NCBI GenBank assembly: GCA_963771885.1
Contig: CAVYVF010000023.1
Location: forward strand, 256,001 to 320,000
Length of the DNA stretch: 64,000 bases
DNA from: Candidatus Bathyarchaeota archaeon
GTDB taxonomy: Archaea > Thermoproteota > Bathyarchaeia > TCS64
Direction of reading: 5' to 3'
The notes beneath the pieces were generated by a model. The model was not told the origin of the DNA, did no database searches, and saw only the letters and a list, made by a program, of their open reading frames with translations. The translations under genes were made by a program, and so were the position numbers. This document shows, piece by piece, positions 49,194 through 59,477 of this stretch. Numbering within the stretch: the first letter of the stretch is position 1; every line of letters begins with the position of its first letter.

Positions 49194-50987
49194 CTAGAGC
49201 TTCCCCAAAGTAGCCCTGATCAACTCGTTCGCCTGATAGAAACCGTCCTCCACGAGGTTCCGCTCCCGGACTAGTTTCGTGTAGAGAAACTTGAACTCGG
49301 GGCTCTGGTGGAGCGTCATGTTGGCGAGCTCCGAGATCTGGCTTATCCTCGGGAAGGGCTGGGCGCCGAACGTCTCCATGCTTACCTGATTGGCGATGTC
49401 CGCGTCGCTGTGAGCGATGGGATTGACGTTACGCCCCACCCACATGAGACACCTGTTCAGGTCTGCCACCTTCACCGAGTCGCCCTCTTTCGCGACTCGC
49501 TTCGCGGCCTCCTCAAGCTTCTCGGAAAGCTCCACGAACGTCTTCGCCTCCCCAATCAAGACGTGGAGGTTGTAGAAGTCTACTATCTTGTCCGACTTCC
49601 TCTGCATGTCTTCGAGTATCTCGACCATCCTCTTCGCGTACTTCGTATAGTTGAAGGGGAGGACCTGGCAGTTGACGAGGCGCCAAATGAGGTTGAGCTC
49701 AATCTTTACATCAGTTACGAGTATGTCGAGGTCCATCTTATCATGGGTCTCGAAGGGTGTGTGCCACCACCAGCCTCCACCCGAGTAGTTGACGTGTGGA
49801 TCGTAGGTCTCCTTTGGGCGGCTTGTCGTAACGCCAAAGTGAGGAAGCCCGGTGCCCCAAAAGCTGCCATCGCCAGCACGCGTTGGCCAGCGATAATGCT
49901 CCACCGCTATCCCGGTAGCGTCTTTGATGCTCTCGAGGACAACCTCCAATACCTCGCTGTACGGCGCCTCGCGGACAGTCGTTGCGCCCTGGCAGCCGGG
50001 GGAGTCGATGTTGTAACTCGCCACGCAGTTGTAGCGGAGGTCATGCCAGAAAGCGTCGTTGAACCACGTCGAGCCGGCGTACTTGCCGATCTCGTGGCCC
50101 GTCCAGTAGGCGATCCTGACACTGCGGCGGAGCTTATCCCTGTGCTTGTTTAGTATGCGGGCGACCTCCATGATGGCTGTGTCGCCACTGATGTTGTCGG
50201 TTGCGCCCATGCAATAGGGTGGCGTATCGACGTGGCCGTTGACGAGTATGAACTTCTCAGGCTCTACGCTACCCCTGATCTCGGTGACAAGCAGTGGCAG
50301 CTTCTTCCATTTTGTCTCGGCGAAACTGACGATGTGTACTCTCATGCCGCCGCATTGCGCCATTTTGCGTAGCTTGGCGCCATCCCTGTTCGAAACGTGG
50401 AGTATCGCGGGTATCTTGGGTATTAGGTGGAAGTTCTCCGGAGTTGGGTTGCCGGAGACGGAGAAATCAGCCCTCTGATGGCAGACGCTCGGCATGAAGT
50501 CGTCCTGCTCGATGACGATGAGCCCGGCGACGCCCATCTCCTGAAGTGTGAGCAGCAACTTACCCTGCAGTCCCATCCAGTCTCCGCTCGTCTTCTGCTC
50601 ACAGAGCACGATCTTGTCTCGGCATTCCTGATAGCCGATCATATCTGGGGGTACGTAGATGACCTCGGCCTCGAAGCCATCCGGCGTCGTGGAGCCAGCT
50701 TGCCTGTAGGGGGTGGTCTGTATCTCCATGACCTGCGGCGCCGTCACCGTCAGCTTGGCAGTCTTCGGGTCGGTAATATACGCCTCGTACCGGAGCACCT
50801 TTACCTCGAGCCCATACACCTCGAGCTTCCCCTTCATCACCTGTATGACCTTCTCCTCCTCGGGACTGCCCGAGTGGAGGGGTGGGTACTGCATCAGCTC
50901 GTCGAAGTTGGCGCCGAGCGTCTCTTTCGAGATCTCAGACTCCATCTTCCTCAGGAGCTTTACGTCGTCTTTGCCTAGGAGAATCAT
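49194..50987 (-). CDS. M28 family peptidase with PA-like domain
   Basis: NGHVD, GATDN, GHEIG, NIDSPG and WWHT motifs. Confidence 0.88.
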   Translation of the reverse strand: MILLGKDDVKLLRKMESEISKETLGANFDELMQYPPLHSGSPEEEKVIQVMKGKLEVYGLEVKVLRYEAYITDPKTAKLTVTAPQVMEIQTTPYRQAGSTTPDGFEAEVIYVPPDMIGYQECRDKIVLCEQKTSGDWMGLQGKLLLTLQEMGVAGLIVIEQDDFMPSVCHQRADFSVSGNPTPENFHLIPKIPAILHVSNRDGAKLRKMAQCGGMRVHIVSFAETKWKKLPLLVTEIRGSVEPEKFILVNGHVDTPPYCMGATDNISGDTAIMEVARILNKHRDKLRRSVRIAYWTGHEIGKYAGSTWFNDAFWHDLRYNCVASYNIDSPGCQGATTVREAPYSEVLEVVLESIKDATGIAVEHYRWPTRAGDGSFWGTGLPHFGVTTSRPKETYDPHVNYSGGGWWWHTPFETHDKMDLDILVTDVKIELNLIWRLVNCQVLPFNYTKYAKRMVEILEDMQRKSDKIVDFYNLHVLIGEAKTFVELSEKLEEAAKRVAKEGDSVKVADLNRCLMWVGRNVNPIAHSDADIANQVSMETFGAQPFPRISQISELANMTLHQSPEFKFLYTKLVRERNLVEDGFYQANELIRATLGKL

Positions 50988-51098
50988 GGTTATCGGGTAT
51001 CACGGCTGCGGAAAGTGGGTATAACACTATCGAGGGAGAGGAATAGCGGCGTGATTTGGCGATAGTTTGATTTCCGCTGAGGCTCAGATGCGATTGGA

Positions 51099-51458
51099 AT
51101 GATCACGAGAGGTAGGGCGGTGAAGTTCGCCGAGGAGTGGATCGACGCCTGGAACTCTCACGACCTCGACTTGATCCTCTCACACTACTCCGACGACTTC
51201 GAGATGAGCAGCCCCCGAATCGTCCAGGTTATGAACGTGCCCTCGGGGACGCTGAAGGGAAAGAATAACGTCCGCATGTACTGGGAGAAGTCGCTAAGCC
51301 AGTCCCCCAATCTAAGGTTCGAGCTTATCGAGGTACTGGTGGGCGTAGAGAGCCTCGTCGTCTACTACCACAACGTGACCCGGGACAAGAAGGCAGCAGA
51401 GGTCTTTGTCTTCGGCCCCGATGGACTTGTAGTCAAGTCGATGGCCCACTACGATTGA
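51099..51458 (+). CDS. SnoaL/NTF2-like protein
   Basis: WIDAWNSHDLD.ILSHY motif. Confidence 0.88.
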   Translation: MITRGRAVKFAEEWIDAWNSHDLDLILSHYSDDFEMSSPRIVQVMNVPSGTLKGKNNVRMYWEKSLSQSPNLRFELIEVLVGVESLVVYYHNVTRDKKAAEVFVFGPDGLVVKSMAHYD

Positions 51459-51471
51459 TTCCCAAAGGCGA

Positions 51472-51549
51472 TGGTGGGACCGCCCGGATTTGAACCGGGG
51501 ATCACGTGGTCCCGAACCACGTATCCTAGCCAAGCTAGACCACGATCCC
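51472..51549 (-). tRNA. tRNA-Pro(CGG), CCA encoded, no intron
   Basis: gggatcgtggtctagc...cgtgg-ttcggga-ccacg...ggttcaaatcc...ggtcccacca cloverleaf. Confidence 0.95.
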
Positions 51550-51593
51550 AGCCGTATTAGGCGGGGTGCGGCTATACTTAAAAACGATGTGGG

Positions 51594-52643
51594 CTAGGCC
51601 TCGACGACGGCGTCGTTCACCGTCATGTTTAGCACAGCCTCCGCGATGTCTGCGCCGTACTCCGATGTTCTGACGATGCTCTCGACGATGAGCCTAAGCT
51701 GAGGCACGTCCTCGACCGGGGCGAGCTTGACTATCTTGTGGATAACCTCGTCTTCCATCCCGCTTGTGTCCTCAGCGGCATCCATCGTCGAGTCGGCCTC
51801 GGAGTAATCCTCGTCGAAGAGCGCCTCCATCGAGGCCTCGAAGACCTTGATGGCTGAACCGCTTATCCCGTTGAGCTCCGCGAGTATCTCATCGTTGATC
51901 GGCACGAGGTGCAGGGCGAGGCGGTTCTCGGCGATGTTCGTCGCGTGGTCCGCCATGCGCTCGACCGACTTCGTGATGAGGCGGTACCCGAGCAGCTGCC
52001 GGGGCGTGTTTATGCCGCTCTCCTTTAGCACATGGGCGTCCATCGAAGCCACGTTGAGCAGTCTGATCACGTAGAAGCTGAAGCGGTCAACCTCGTCATC
52101 CATCGCTACTATCTCCTTGGCGATGCGGGGGTTGTCGGTGCTCAGCGTCTGCACCGCGTCCCTGTGCATCGAGGCGGCGATGATCGACATCCGCCTGAGC
52201 GCGTCCTTTACGGATAGCTCCGAGTAACTCAGCAATATCTGGAGTGTAAGCTCGTTGGGCAGATCGCTCAGGATCTCTGTGCCGACGAGCTTCTTCCGCA
52301 CGAAGTCCTTTATGGCGAAGCGGGTCTCAAGGTCGATCCTCTTCTCGTTGGAGCGTATCTGCAGGATGTTGTAGCCGTTGACATAGGCGGAGACCATGCG
52401 GCGCACCACACTATCCGGCTTCTCCCCCTGCTCTATCGATATTATGACCTTACGGACCCTATCGGGGGACACGAGGCCCTTCGGCTGCAGGCATAGGGAC
52501 ATATCGTCACGCTGGCTCATGCTCACGACGCTGCCCTTCTTGAGGCCGAGCTGGTCGACCCAGTCCTTTGGCAATGAGATTATGTATGTGGATCCGCCTG
52601 TAACCTGTATCTTACGAAGCTCTTCCTGTTCCTGAACAGACAT
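51594..52643 (-). CDS. Archaeal phosphate uptake regulator (AbrB + two PhoU domains)
   Basis: RKIQVTGGSTYIISLPKDW AbrB motif; DDEVDR and ERMADH PhoU motifs. Confidence 0.92.
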   Translation of the reverse strand: MSVQEQEELRKIQVTGGSTYIISLPKDWVDQLGLKKGSVVSMSQRDDMSLCLQPKGLVSPDRVRKVIISIEQGEKPDSVVRRMVSAYVNGYNILQIRSNEKRIDLETRFAIKDFVRKKLVGTEILSDLPNELTLQILLSYSELSVKDALRRMSIIAASMHRDAVQTLSTDNPRIAKEIVAMDDEVDRFSFYVIRLLNVASMDAHVLKESGINTPRQLLGYRLITKSVERMADHATNIAENRLALHLVPINDEILAELNGISGSAIKVFEASMEALFDEDYSEADSTMDAAEDTSGMEDEVIHKIVKLAPVEDVPQLRLIVESIVRTSEYGADIAEAVLNMTVNDAVVEA

Positions 52644-52724
52644 CTGCTTCTCCCCCTCCGTTTTTCTCTTGGTTGGAATATAGGTCACACCCTATTTATG
52701 TTATCCAACGTAAAAACAATAATA

Positions 52725-52772
52725 AAAATATAGCTATAGTATCTCTATATAATCTATAAGTAAGTTATATAA
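52725..52772. promoter_or_regulatory. AT-rich divergent promoter with repeated CTATA/TATAG units (putative Pho-box-like operator)
   Basis: aaaatatagctatagtatctctatataatctataagtaagttatataa lies between the regulator and pstS. Confidence 0.5.
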
Positions 52773-52801
52773 TCGGCGCACTTCATGCAGTAATCGAGAA
52801 A

Positions 52802-53737
52802 ATGAGACAAACAGCAATAATTGGGTTAGTTGCCGCTATTCTATTAGTGGCGGCCGGATATTGGTGGTGGTCAAATCAGCAGGCCACCGGCATAGGATTA
52901 TCGGGCACGATTGAAATCGATGGCTCAAGCACGGTTTTCCCAATAACCCAGGCAATGGCCGAGGAGTTCCAGAACATACACCCGGGCGTTAAGATCAACG
53001 TCGGCATAAGTGGGACGGGGGGCGGCTTCAAGCGATTCACAAAGGGTGAAACCGACATAAGCGACGCCTCGAGACCGATCTCTACCTCGGAAGTCGATGC
53101 GGCACACACTAACAACATTAACTATGTCGAGTTTAAGATAGCCCTCGACGGGATAGCGGTCGTCGTAAACCCCCAGAATATTTGGGTGGACTACCTCACG
53201 ACCGCAGAACTGAAGGCGATATGGGAGACGAACAGCACTGTCATGAGTTGGTCGGATGTAAGGGCGGGTTGGCCAAATCAGCCCTTACACCTCTACGGCC
53301 CGGGTACGGACAGCGGGACATTTGACTACTTCACAGAGGTTATCAACGGTAAGACAAAGGCGAGCAGGGCAGACTTCACCGCGAGTGAGGACGACAACAT
53401 TCTCGTCCAAGGCGTGAGCGGCGACGCGAATAGCCTAGGATACTTCGGCTACGCGTACTATGTTGAGAACTCGGATAATGTGAAGATTGTGCCTATAGAT
53501 TCGGGCTCAGGACCAGTGACGCCGGACGACTCTACCATCACCAATAATGAGTACACGCCCCTCAGCCGGCCGTTATTCATCTACGTGAATACCGCCTCGC
53601 TCCAGAGAGAAGGGGTGAAGGCGTTCGCCGAGTTCTACATGGAGAACGGCGAGATCCTCGTGCACGAAGTCGGATATACGCCGTTAGACGCGCTGGTCTA
53701 CGAAAACAACCTGTTAAAAATTAATAGTATGCCATAA
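52802..53737 (+). CDS. pstS: Phosphate ABC transporter substrate-binding protein
   Basis: [16 protein letters not shown] and DSGTFDYF motifs. Confidence 0.95.
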   Translation: MRQTAIIGLVAAILLVAAGYWWWSNQQATGIGLSGTIEIDGSSTVFPITQAMAEEFQNIHPGVKINVGISGTGGGFKRFTKGETDISDASRPISTSEVDAAHTNNINYVEFKIALDGIAVVVNPQNIWVDYLTTAELKAIWETNSTVMSWSDVRAGWPNQPLHLYGPGTDSGTFDYFTEVINGKTKASRADFTASEDDNILVQGVSGDANSLGYFGYAYYVENSDNVKIVPIDSGSGPVTPDDSTITNNEYTPLSRPLFIYVNTASLQREGVKAFAEFYMENGEILVHEVGYTPLDALVYENNLLKINSMP

Positions 53738-53767
53738 TTTTATACATATTATGCAGGAGGGGTCACC

Positions 53768-54673
53768 TTGAAGGGTCAGGATAGTAAAACAAAGCGATCG
53801 CAGAAGCTCAGAGAGGGGTTGATTGAGAAGCTTCTCTTCGGGAGTGCCATCCTCTCCGTCTTCACGACACTCGGCATCCTCGGGCTCTTCGTCTTCGAGG
53901 CATTCGATTTCTTCGGGGAGGTTTCGATAGTTGAGTTCCTCACGGGCACCCTGTGGACGCCGCTGTTTGAGCCGAAACACTTCGGAGTTCTCCCCCTCGT
54001 TGCGGGTACGCTGATGGTGACGGCGATAGCGCTTCTCGTCGCGGTACCGATAGGTTTACTCACTGCAGTCTTCCTCAGTGAGTACGCGTCCGATAGGCTC
54101 AGGCGCATGTTGAAGCCCGTCCTGGAGATACTGGCGGGCATCCCCACAGTTGTCTACGGCTACTTCGCTTTGACATACGTCACGCCTCTGCTCCGGCTTG
54201 TTTTCCCGGAGATCATTGTGTTTAACGCTCTGAGCGCGGGGCTCGTTATGGGTATAATGATCATCCCAATGGTCTCATCCCTGAGCGAGGACGCCATGAT
54301 CGCGGTGCCGAAGTCGCTTAGGGAGGGGGCGTACGCGCTAGGGAGCCAGAAGCATGAAGTGGCGCTCAAGATTGTGTTCCCGTCGGCGCTCTCGGGGATA
54401 ATAGCGTCTGTGATCCTCGCGATAAGTCGCGCTATCGGCGAGACAATGATAGTGAGCATCGCCGCCGGCTCCACGCCTAGGTTCACGTTAAATCCGCTTG
54501 AGAGCATCCAGACAATGACGGGCTATATCACCCAGATCAGCCTCGGTGAGGCACCCTTCGGTAGCATCGAGTACAACACCATCTTCGCTGTGGGGCTCAC
54601 CCTCTTCGTCATGGTAATAATTGTCAACACCCTCGGCAACTGGGCAACCAAGAGATACTGGAGGAGCTACTGA
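53768..54673 (+). CDS. pstC: Phosphate ABC transporter permease PstC
   Basis: [10 protein letters not shown] and RAIGETM motifs. Confidence 0.95.
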   Translation: MKGQDSKTKRSQKLREGLIEKLLFGSAILSVFTTLGILGLFVFEAFDFFGEVSIVEFLTGTLWTPLFEPKHFGVLPLVAGTLMVTAIALLVAVPIGLLTAVFLSEYASDRLRRMLKPVLEILAGIPTVVYGYFALTYVTPLLRLVFPEIIVFNALSAGLVMGIMIIPMVSSLSEDAMIAVPKSLREGAYALGSQKHEVALKIVFPSALSGIIASVILAISRAIGETMIVSIAAGSTPRFTLNPLESIQTMTGYITQISLGEAPFGSIEYNTIFAVGLTLFVMVIIVNTLGNWATKRYWRSY

Positions 54674-55533
54674 TGGCGGACAATAATATTCGGAGGCACC
54701 TCACAGGTAGGCTTCTGCTCTCCGCCGCCATCATCGCCGTGTCCATCAGCCTCCTGAGCCTCGTCGTACTCCTCGTAGACGCGTTCTCAGACGGCCTCAC
54801 ATACCTCGACTGGGATTTCATAACGAGCTATCCTAGTAGGTTCCCCGATCAGGCGGGGATACTTCCGGCGCTCTTCGGCACGGTCTGGGTCGTGGGGCTG
54901 ACCGCGCTCTTGTCCTTCCCCATCGGCGTCTTCGCTGCGATATACCTCGAGGAGTATGCTCTGAAGAACAGACTCACCGAGCTGATCCAGCTCAACATCG
55001 CGAACCTCGCAGGTGTTCCCTCCATAGTTTACGGCCTGTTGGGGCTAGGGCTCTTCGTGGAGGCCCTCGCGATGGGGCGCGTCGTCCTAGCCGGAGCCCT
55101 GACGATGACACTTCTAATCCTCCCCGTGATAATCATCACATCGCGAGAGGCGATCCGTAGTGTTCCTAAGGAGTACCGAGAGGGTGCGTTTGCCCTTGGG
55201 GCAAGCAAGTGGCAGGTGACTCGCCGGGTCGTCCTCCCAGAGGCATTTCCCGGCATTCTGACGGGTACCATCCTATCGCTGTCGAGGGCGATCGGCGAGG
55301 CTGCGCCTATGATCGCCATCGCAGCCCTCGCCTACGTCAGGTTTGTGCCCACGAGCCCACTAGACCGCTTCACCGTAATGCCCATCCAGATTTACAACTG
55401 GATCAATATGCCGAGGACCGAGTTTAGGGACCTAGCGGCCTCCGGTATAATCGTACTGCTGATCGTGCTTCTGGCGATGAACAGCGTCGCCATCCTGATC
55501 AGAAACAAGTACCAGAAAAGAGGAGTAGGCTAA
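54673..55533 (+). CDS. pstA: Phosphate ABC transporter permease PstA
   Basis: [11 protein letters not shown] and RAIGEAAP motifs. Confidence 0.95.
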   Translation: MADNNIRRHLTGRLLLSAAIIAVSISLLSLVVLLVDAFSDGLTYLDWDFITSYPSRFPDQAGILPALFGTVWVVGLTALLSFPIGVFAAIYLEEYALKNRLTELIQLNIANLAGVPSIVYGLLGLGLFVEALAMGRVVLAGALTMTLLILPVIIITSREAIRSVPKEYREGAFALGASKWQVTRRVVLPEAFPGILTGTILSLSRAIGEAAPMIAIAALAYVRFVPTSPLDRFTVMPIQIYNWINMPRTEFRDLAASGIIVLLIVLLAMNSVAILIRNKYQKRGVG

Positions 55534-55535
55534 AA

Positions 55536-56378
55536 ATGGCTCAAAACGTAGTTAAGAACCCGTTCACATACAGCGACGCGGATGAGATGCCGCAGGAAAC
55601 AAAGGGACTCGGCTCCATGGGGAGAAACGACAAGATCAGCTTCAGGGAATATAACCTCTGGTACGGGACGAAGCACGCCCTCAAGAAGATCAATATCGAC
55701 ATCAAGAACAACCTCGTCACCGCCATCATGGGGCCCTCAGGCTGCGGCAAGAGCAGCCTCCTCCGGAGCATTAACAGGATAAACGACCTGATACCGACCT
55801 GCCGGACCGAAGGCGCGCTCCTCATCGACGGCGAGAACATCTATGAAGCGAAGGTCGACGTCGACGACCTCCGGCGGCGCGTCGGGATGGTCTTCCAGAA
55901 GCCGAACCCTTTCCCGAAGAGCATCTACGAGAACGTCGCTTTCGGCCCCAAGATACACGGCACAACTGAGAAAGCGGATCTCGACGCTATAGTCGAGAAG
56001 AGCCTAAAAGGCGCGGCGCTCTGGGAAGAGGTAAAGGACCGCCTGAACGACAACGCCTACAGCCTCTCGGGCGGCCAGCAGCAACGCCTCTGCATAGCAA
56101 GGGCCCTCTCCATCGAGCCAGAGATTATTCTAATGGACGAGCCATGCAGCGCCTTAGACCCTATCGCCACCACAAAGATTGAAACGCTGATGAGGCAGCT
56201 CAAGGACAGCTATACGGTGGTGCTGGTCACTCATAACCTTCAGCAGGCCGCGAGGGTGAGCGATATGACCGCCTTCATGTACATAGGCGAGGTAGTAGAG
56301 TTTGGGAACACGCGGGGTGTCTTCGAAAACCCCCGAAACGAGCTGACGGAGAACTACATAACTGGGAAGTTCGGGTGA
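55536..56378 (+). CDS. pstB: Phosphate ABC transporter ATPase PstB
   Basis: [25 protein letters not shown] and YITGKFG motifs. Confidence 0.97.
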   Translation: MAQNVVKNPFTYSDADEMPQETKGLGSMGRNDKISFREYNLWYGTKHALKKINIDIKNNLVTAIMGPSGCGKSSLLRSINRINDLIPTCRTEGALLIDGENIYEAKVDVDDLRRRVGMVFQKPNPFPKSIYENVAFGPKIHGTTEKADLDAIVEKSLKGAALWEEVKDRLNDNAYSLSGGQQQRLCIARALSIEPEIILMDEPCSALDPIATTKIETLMRQLKDSYTVVLVTHNLQQAARVSDMTAFMYIGEVVEFGNTRGVFENPRNELTENYITGKFG

Positions 56379-57022
56379 CGATGATGGCACGACCACTGGA
56401 TCAGGGGATAGTGAGGATCAAGAGCCTCATCATAAAGATGGGTAGGCTCACCGAGGAAACACTCAAACTAGCCATGGAGGGATTCACGAAGAGGGAGGAC
56501 GTCCACGTCCAGGTTCAGGCGTGGTCGAACACCATTCTCATGCTCTCCGAGGAAGTCGAGGACAGGGCCACGGAGTTGATCGCCCTCCAACAGCCGATGG
56601 CGGGGGACCTGCGCACCCTCAAGGCCTACATTAAGATCGCTTACGACATCGAGCGCTACAGCAGGTACGCCCTCGACATCTCCGATGTGCTCAACAGACT
56701 CGAGGACTGGCCACCGTTCCCGGGGGAGTTAAAGTTAGACGAGATGGCTGAAAAGACCCTCACCACGATGGGCATCTCCATACACCTCATAGAGGCGATG
56801 GACGAGAAACTCGTCTTCGAGCTATCCCGCCTCGAGGCGGAAACGGACGAGCTCTACCTGAAGAACCTCGCAGCCTTGGCGGCAGCGAAGGGCACAGACC
56901 ACAGGACGATAATCGCCTACACCCTCACCATTAGGTACCTCGAGAGAATCGCCGACCACGCGAGCTACATAGCCGAGTCGCTAACATATGCCTCTACCGG
57001 GCGGCGCCTCACCCTCCGCTAA
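56375..57022 (+). CDS. phoU: Phosphate signalling protein PhoU
   Basis: QQPMAGDLR and YLERIADHA motifs. Confidence 0.92.
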   Translation: MTMMARPLDQGIVRIKSLIIKMGRLTEETLKLAMEGFTKREDVHVQVQAWSNTILMLSEEVEDRATELIALQQPMAGDLRTLKAYIKIAYDIERYSRYALDISDVLNRLEDWPPFPGELKLDEMAEKTLTTMGISIHLIEAMDEKLVFELSRLEAETDELYLKNLAALAAAKGTDHRTIIAYTLTIRYLERIADHASYIAESLTYASTGRRLTLR

Positions 57023-57064
57023 ACCGTTTTAACCCCTCGGGGATCCATTCAGATTGATACGCTC

Positions 57065-57526
57065 TTGAAGTACGACGTCGAGAAGATTAGGAAGAGCTCG
57101 GAGTCGGTCCACGACTACGTCTCGGAGCCGAGTAAGGCGAAGGAGGCCTTCGACAAGAGACGCATTGAGTACAAGCTCGACACTGCTGCGGTTAAGGAAC
57201 TCAAAAAGAAGACTAGGGATTATTTCGTGGTCGCCTTCAGCGCCGAGTGGTGCCCAGACTGCATGAGGAACATTCCCGTCCTCGAAATTCTAGCCGAGGC
57301 GACGGGGCTCGAGGTCAGGGTCTTCGGCCATATAATGAGGGACGCTAAGAGCAACACGAGGAAGTGGGCGGTACCGCCGAGCCCGCCGGAGGTCTACGAG
57401 TTTAACGTCTCAAAGATACCTCTCATAGTCGTTCTACGTAAGGACGGTGAGTTGACTGGGGAGATAGTTGAGAACCCTCCCTCTGGAGTCACCGTTGAGA
57501 AGGCGCTGCTCGACCTTATGAAATAG
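57065..57526 (+). CDS. Thioredoxin family protein
   Basis: WCPDC active site. Confidence 0.85.
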   Translation: MKYDVEKIRKSSESVHDYVSEPSKAKEAFDKRRIEYKLDTAAVKELKKKTRDYFVVAFSAEWCPDCMRNIPVLEILAEATGLEVRVFGHIMRDAKSNTRKWAVPPSPPEVYEFNVSKIPLIVVLRKDGELTGEIVENPPSGVTVEKALLDLMK

Positions 57527-57571
57527 CCCAAATTTTTAACGCTAGTTAAACATACTCTCCAGCGATAAGCC

Positions 57572-58120
57572 ATGAGGGAAGGCACGGTCTACCGCCGCTT
57601 CAAGGCCCGCGATGGCAGGAAAGTCACGTTGCGCGCCCCGAAGTGGAGCGATGTCGATGACATGCTCGACTTCATCAACGGCCTCGTCGAAGAGAGGGCG
57701 ATGATCATGATGAACGAGAGGCAGACCCGGGACCAGGAGGTTGACTGGATCGGTAAACTGCTGTCGAACGTCGAGAGGGATAAGATGGTCGCCGTTGTCG
57801 CTGAGGTCGAGGGCAGATTCGCGGGGAGCTGCGAGATAACGCCTAAGAGAGGCTACTCAAGCCACCTCGGAAGCCTCGGAATAAGCCTCGTCGCTGAGTT
57901 CCGCGACCTTGGCATAGGGCAGGAGATGATGCTCGAGGCTGAGAAGCAAGTCAAGCACCTAGGTGTCGAGGTCGTCGACCTCGAGGTCTTCGACAGCAAC
58001 GCGCGCGCCATACACACTTATGAGAAGGTCGGCTACAAGATTACGGGTAAGATACCCGAGGCACTCAAGTACGGCGGTGGGTATGTCGACGCCCTCATCA
58101 TGACGAAGCGCATAGCCTAA
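57572..58120 (+). CDS. GNAT N-acetyltransferase
   Basis: FRDLGIG and NARAIHTYEKVGY motifs. Confidence 0.9.
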   Translation: MREGTVYRRFKARDGRKVTLRAPKWSDVDDMLDFINGLVEERAMIMMNERQTRDQEVDWIGKLLSNVERDKMVAVVAEVEGRFAGSCEITPKRGYSSHLGSLGISLVAEFRDLGIGQEMMLEAEKQVKHLGVEVVDLEVFDSNARAIHTYEKVGYKITGKIPEALKYGGGYVDALIMTKRIA

Positions 58121-58297
58121 TCAGGCAACCTTTTTATCCCGTCTAAACCATCTTGGGGCTGGGAATAGGGATGGTCGTGTATCAGCCGGACTGGGCATTA
58201 GCCTAGACGAGGCAAACAACAGCCTAGACCCTAGAAACCTTCTAAACCGCGTGGCGATGGTTGATAGCCAATACGTCACCGGCGGGAGGCGAATGTA

Positions 58298-59428
58298 TTG
58301 AGTGCAGAGAACAAGAACGACAACATGGTAGTAACCCCGTGGGAGGTCAAGGGTGACATAGACTACGGAACGCTCATACAGCGCTTCGGTACCCAGCCGC
58401 TCACGGAGGAGCTCAAGGAGAGGATCGCCAAACACGCGGGCTACATGCATATGCAGCTCCGCCGCAACGTCTACTTCAGCCACAGGGATCTAGATTGGTG
58501 GCTGAACCAGTATGACGCGGGGCACCCCGTGGGCCTTTACACGGGCCGCGGCCCGTCCGGCGGCGTCCACCTCGGGCACCTGCTGCCGTGGTTCTTCTGT
58601 GCCTACCTCCAGAAGGCATACAACGCGGAGCTCTACTTCCAGATGACAGACGACGAGAAATTCCTACACCGCGAAGACCTCACACTAGACGAAACCATCG
58701 CCTACTCTTACGACAATGCTCTGGATGTGATCGCCTGCGGCGTCCAGCCCAAGCTGACGCACATCTTCAGCGACACAGACCACATAGATCACATCTACAA
58801 GCTGGGACTTCAGGTGTCGAAGAGGATAACGATGAGCACGGTGAAGGCTGTCTTCGGCTTCACCGACTCGGATAACATCGGGTTGACGTGGTACCCAGCG
58901 CTTCAGGCGATGACTTGCTTCCTGCAGAGCTACCGCGAGGGCAGGAAAGTCGCGTGCCTCATACCCGCCGCAATCGACCAGGACCCCTACTGGCGCATGA
59001 CCCGCGACATCGCAGAGAAGATGGGCTACACGAAGCCTACGCAAATACACAACAAGTTCCTACCACCCCTCACGCAGGGGGGTAAAATGAGCGCTAGTCA
59101 GCCAGAGTCCGCCATCTTCACCACGGACGTACCGGAGAAGGCAGCAAAGAAAGTTATGGCGGCATTCACCGGCGGACGGGAGACAATAAAGCTCCAGAAG
59201 GAGCTCGGCGGCCGCCCCGAGGTCTGTAACATCTACGCCTACTACTACTACATCTTCGAGGAGGAGGATAAGAACCTCGCCGAGATAGAGCAGCAGTGCC
59301 GATCAGGCGCCCTAGTCTGCGGGGACTGCAAAGCGCGCCTAGCCTTGATGGTTAAAACCTTCCTCATAGACTTTCAGGCTAAGAGGAAGAAGGCGAAGGA
59401 CAACCTCCAGGACTACCTCATAAAGTAG
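58298..59428 (+). CDS. trpS: Tryptophanyl-tRNA synthetase (archaeal/eukaryotic type)
   Basis: VTPW, YTGRGPS..HLGH, AIDQDPY and KMSAS motifs. Confidence 0.97.
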   Translation: MSAENKNDNMVVTPWEVKGDIDYGTLIQRFGTQPLTEELKERIAKHAGYMHMQLRRNVYFSHRDLDWWLNQYDAGHPVGLYTGRGPSGGVHLGHLLPWFFCAYLQKAYNAELYFQMTDDEKFLHREDLTLDETIAYSYDNALDVIACGVQPKLTHIFSDTDHIDHIYKLGLQVSKRITMSTVKAVFGFTDSDNIGLTWYPALQAMTCFLQSYREGRKVACLIPAAIDQDPYWRMTRDIAEKMGYTKPTQIHNKFLPPLTQGGKMSASQPESAIFTTDVPEKAAKKVMAAFTGGRETIKLQKELGGRPEVCNIYAYYYYIFEEEDKNLAEIEQQCRSGALVCGDCKARLALMVKTFLIDFQAKRKKAKDNLQDYLIK

Positions 59429-59477
59429 CACCTTTTTTTGAAAAAGGATAAAGCCTCGACGCAAGAATTATTCCACC

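Noticed and set aside
58121..58297. Possible structured leader upstream of trpS (gcctagac twice)
   Set aside because: No recognisable RNA fold; a short repeat could be chance.
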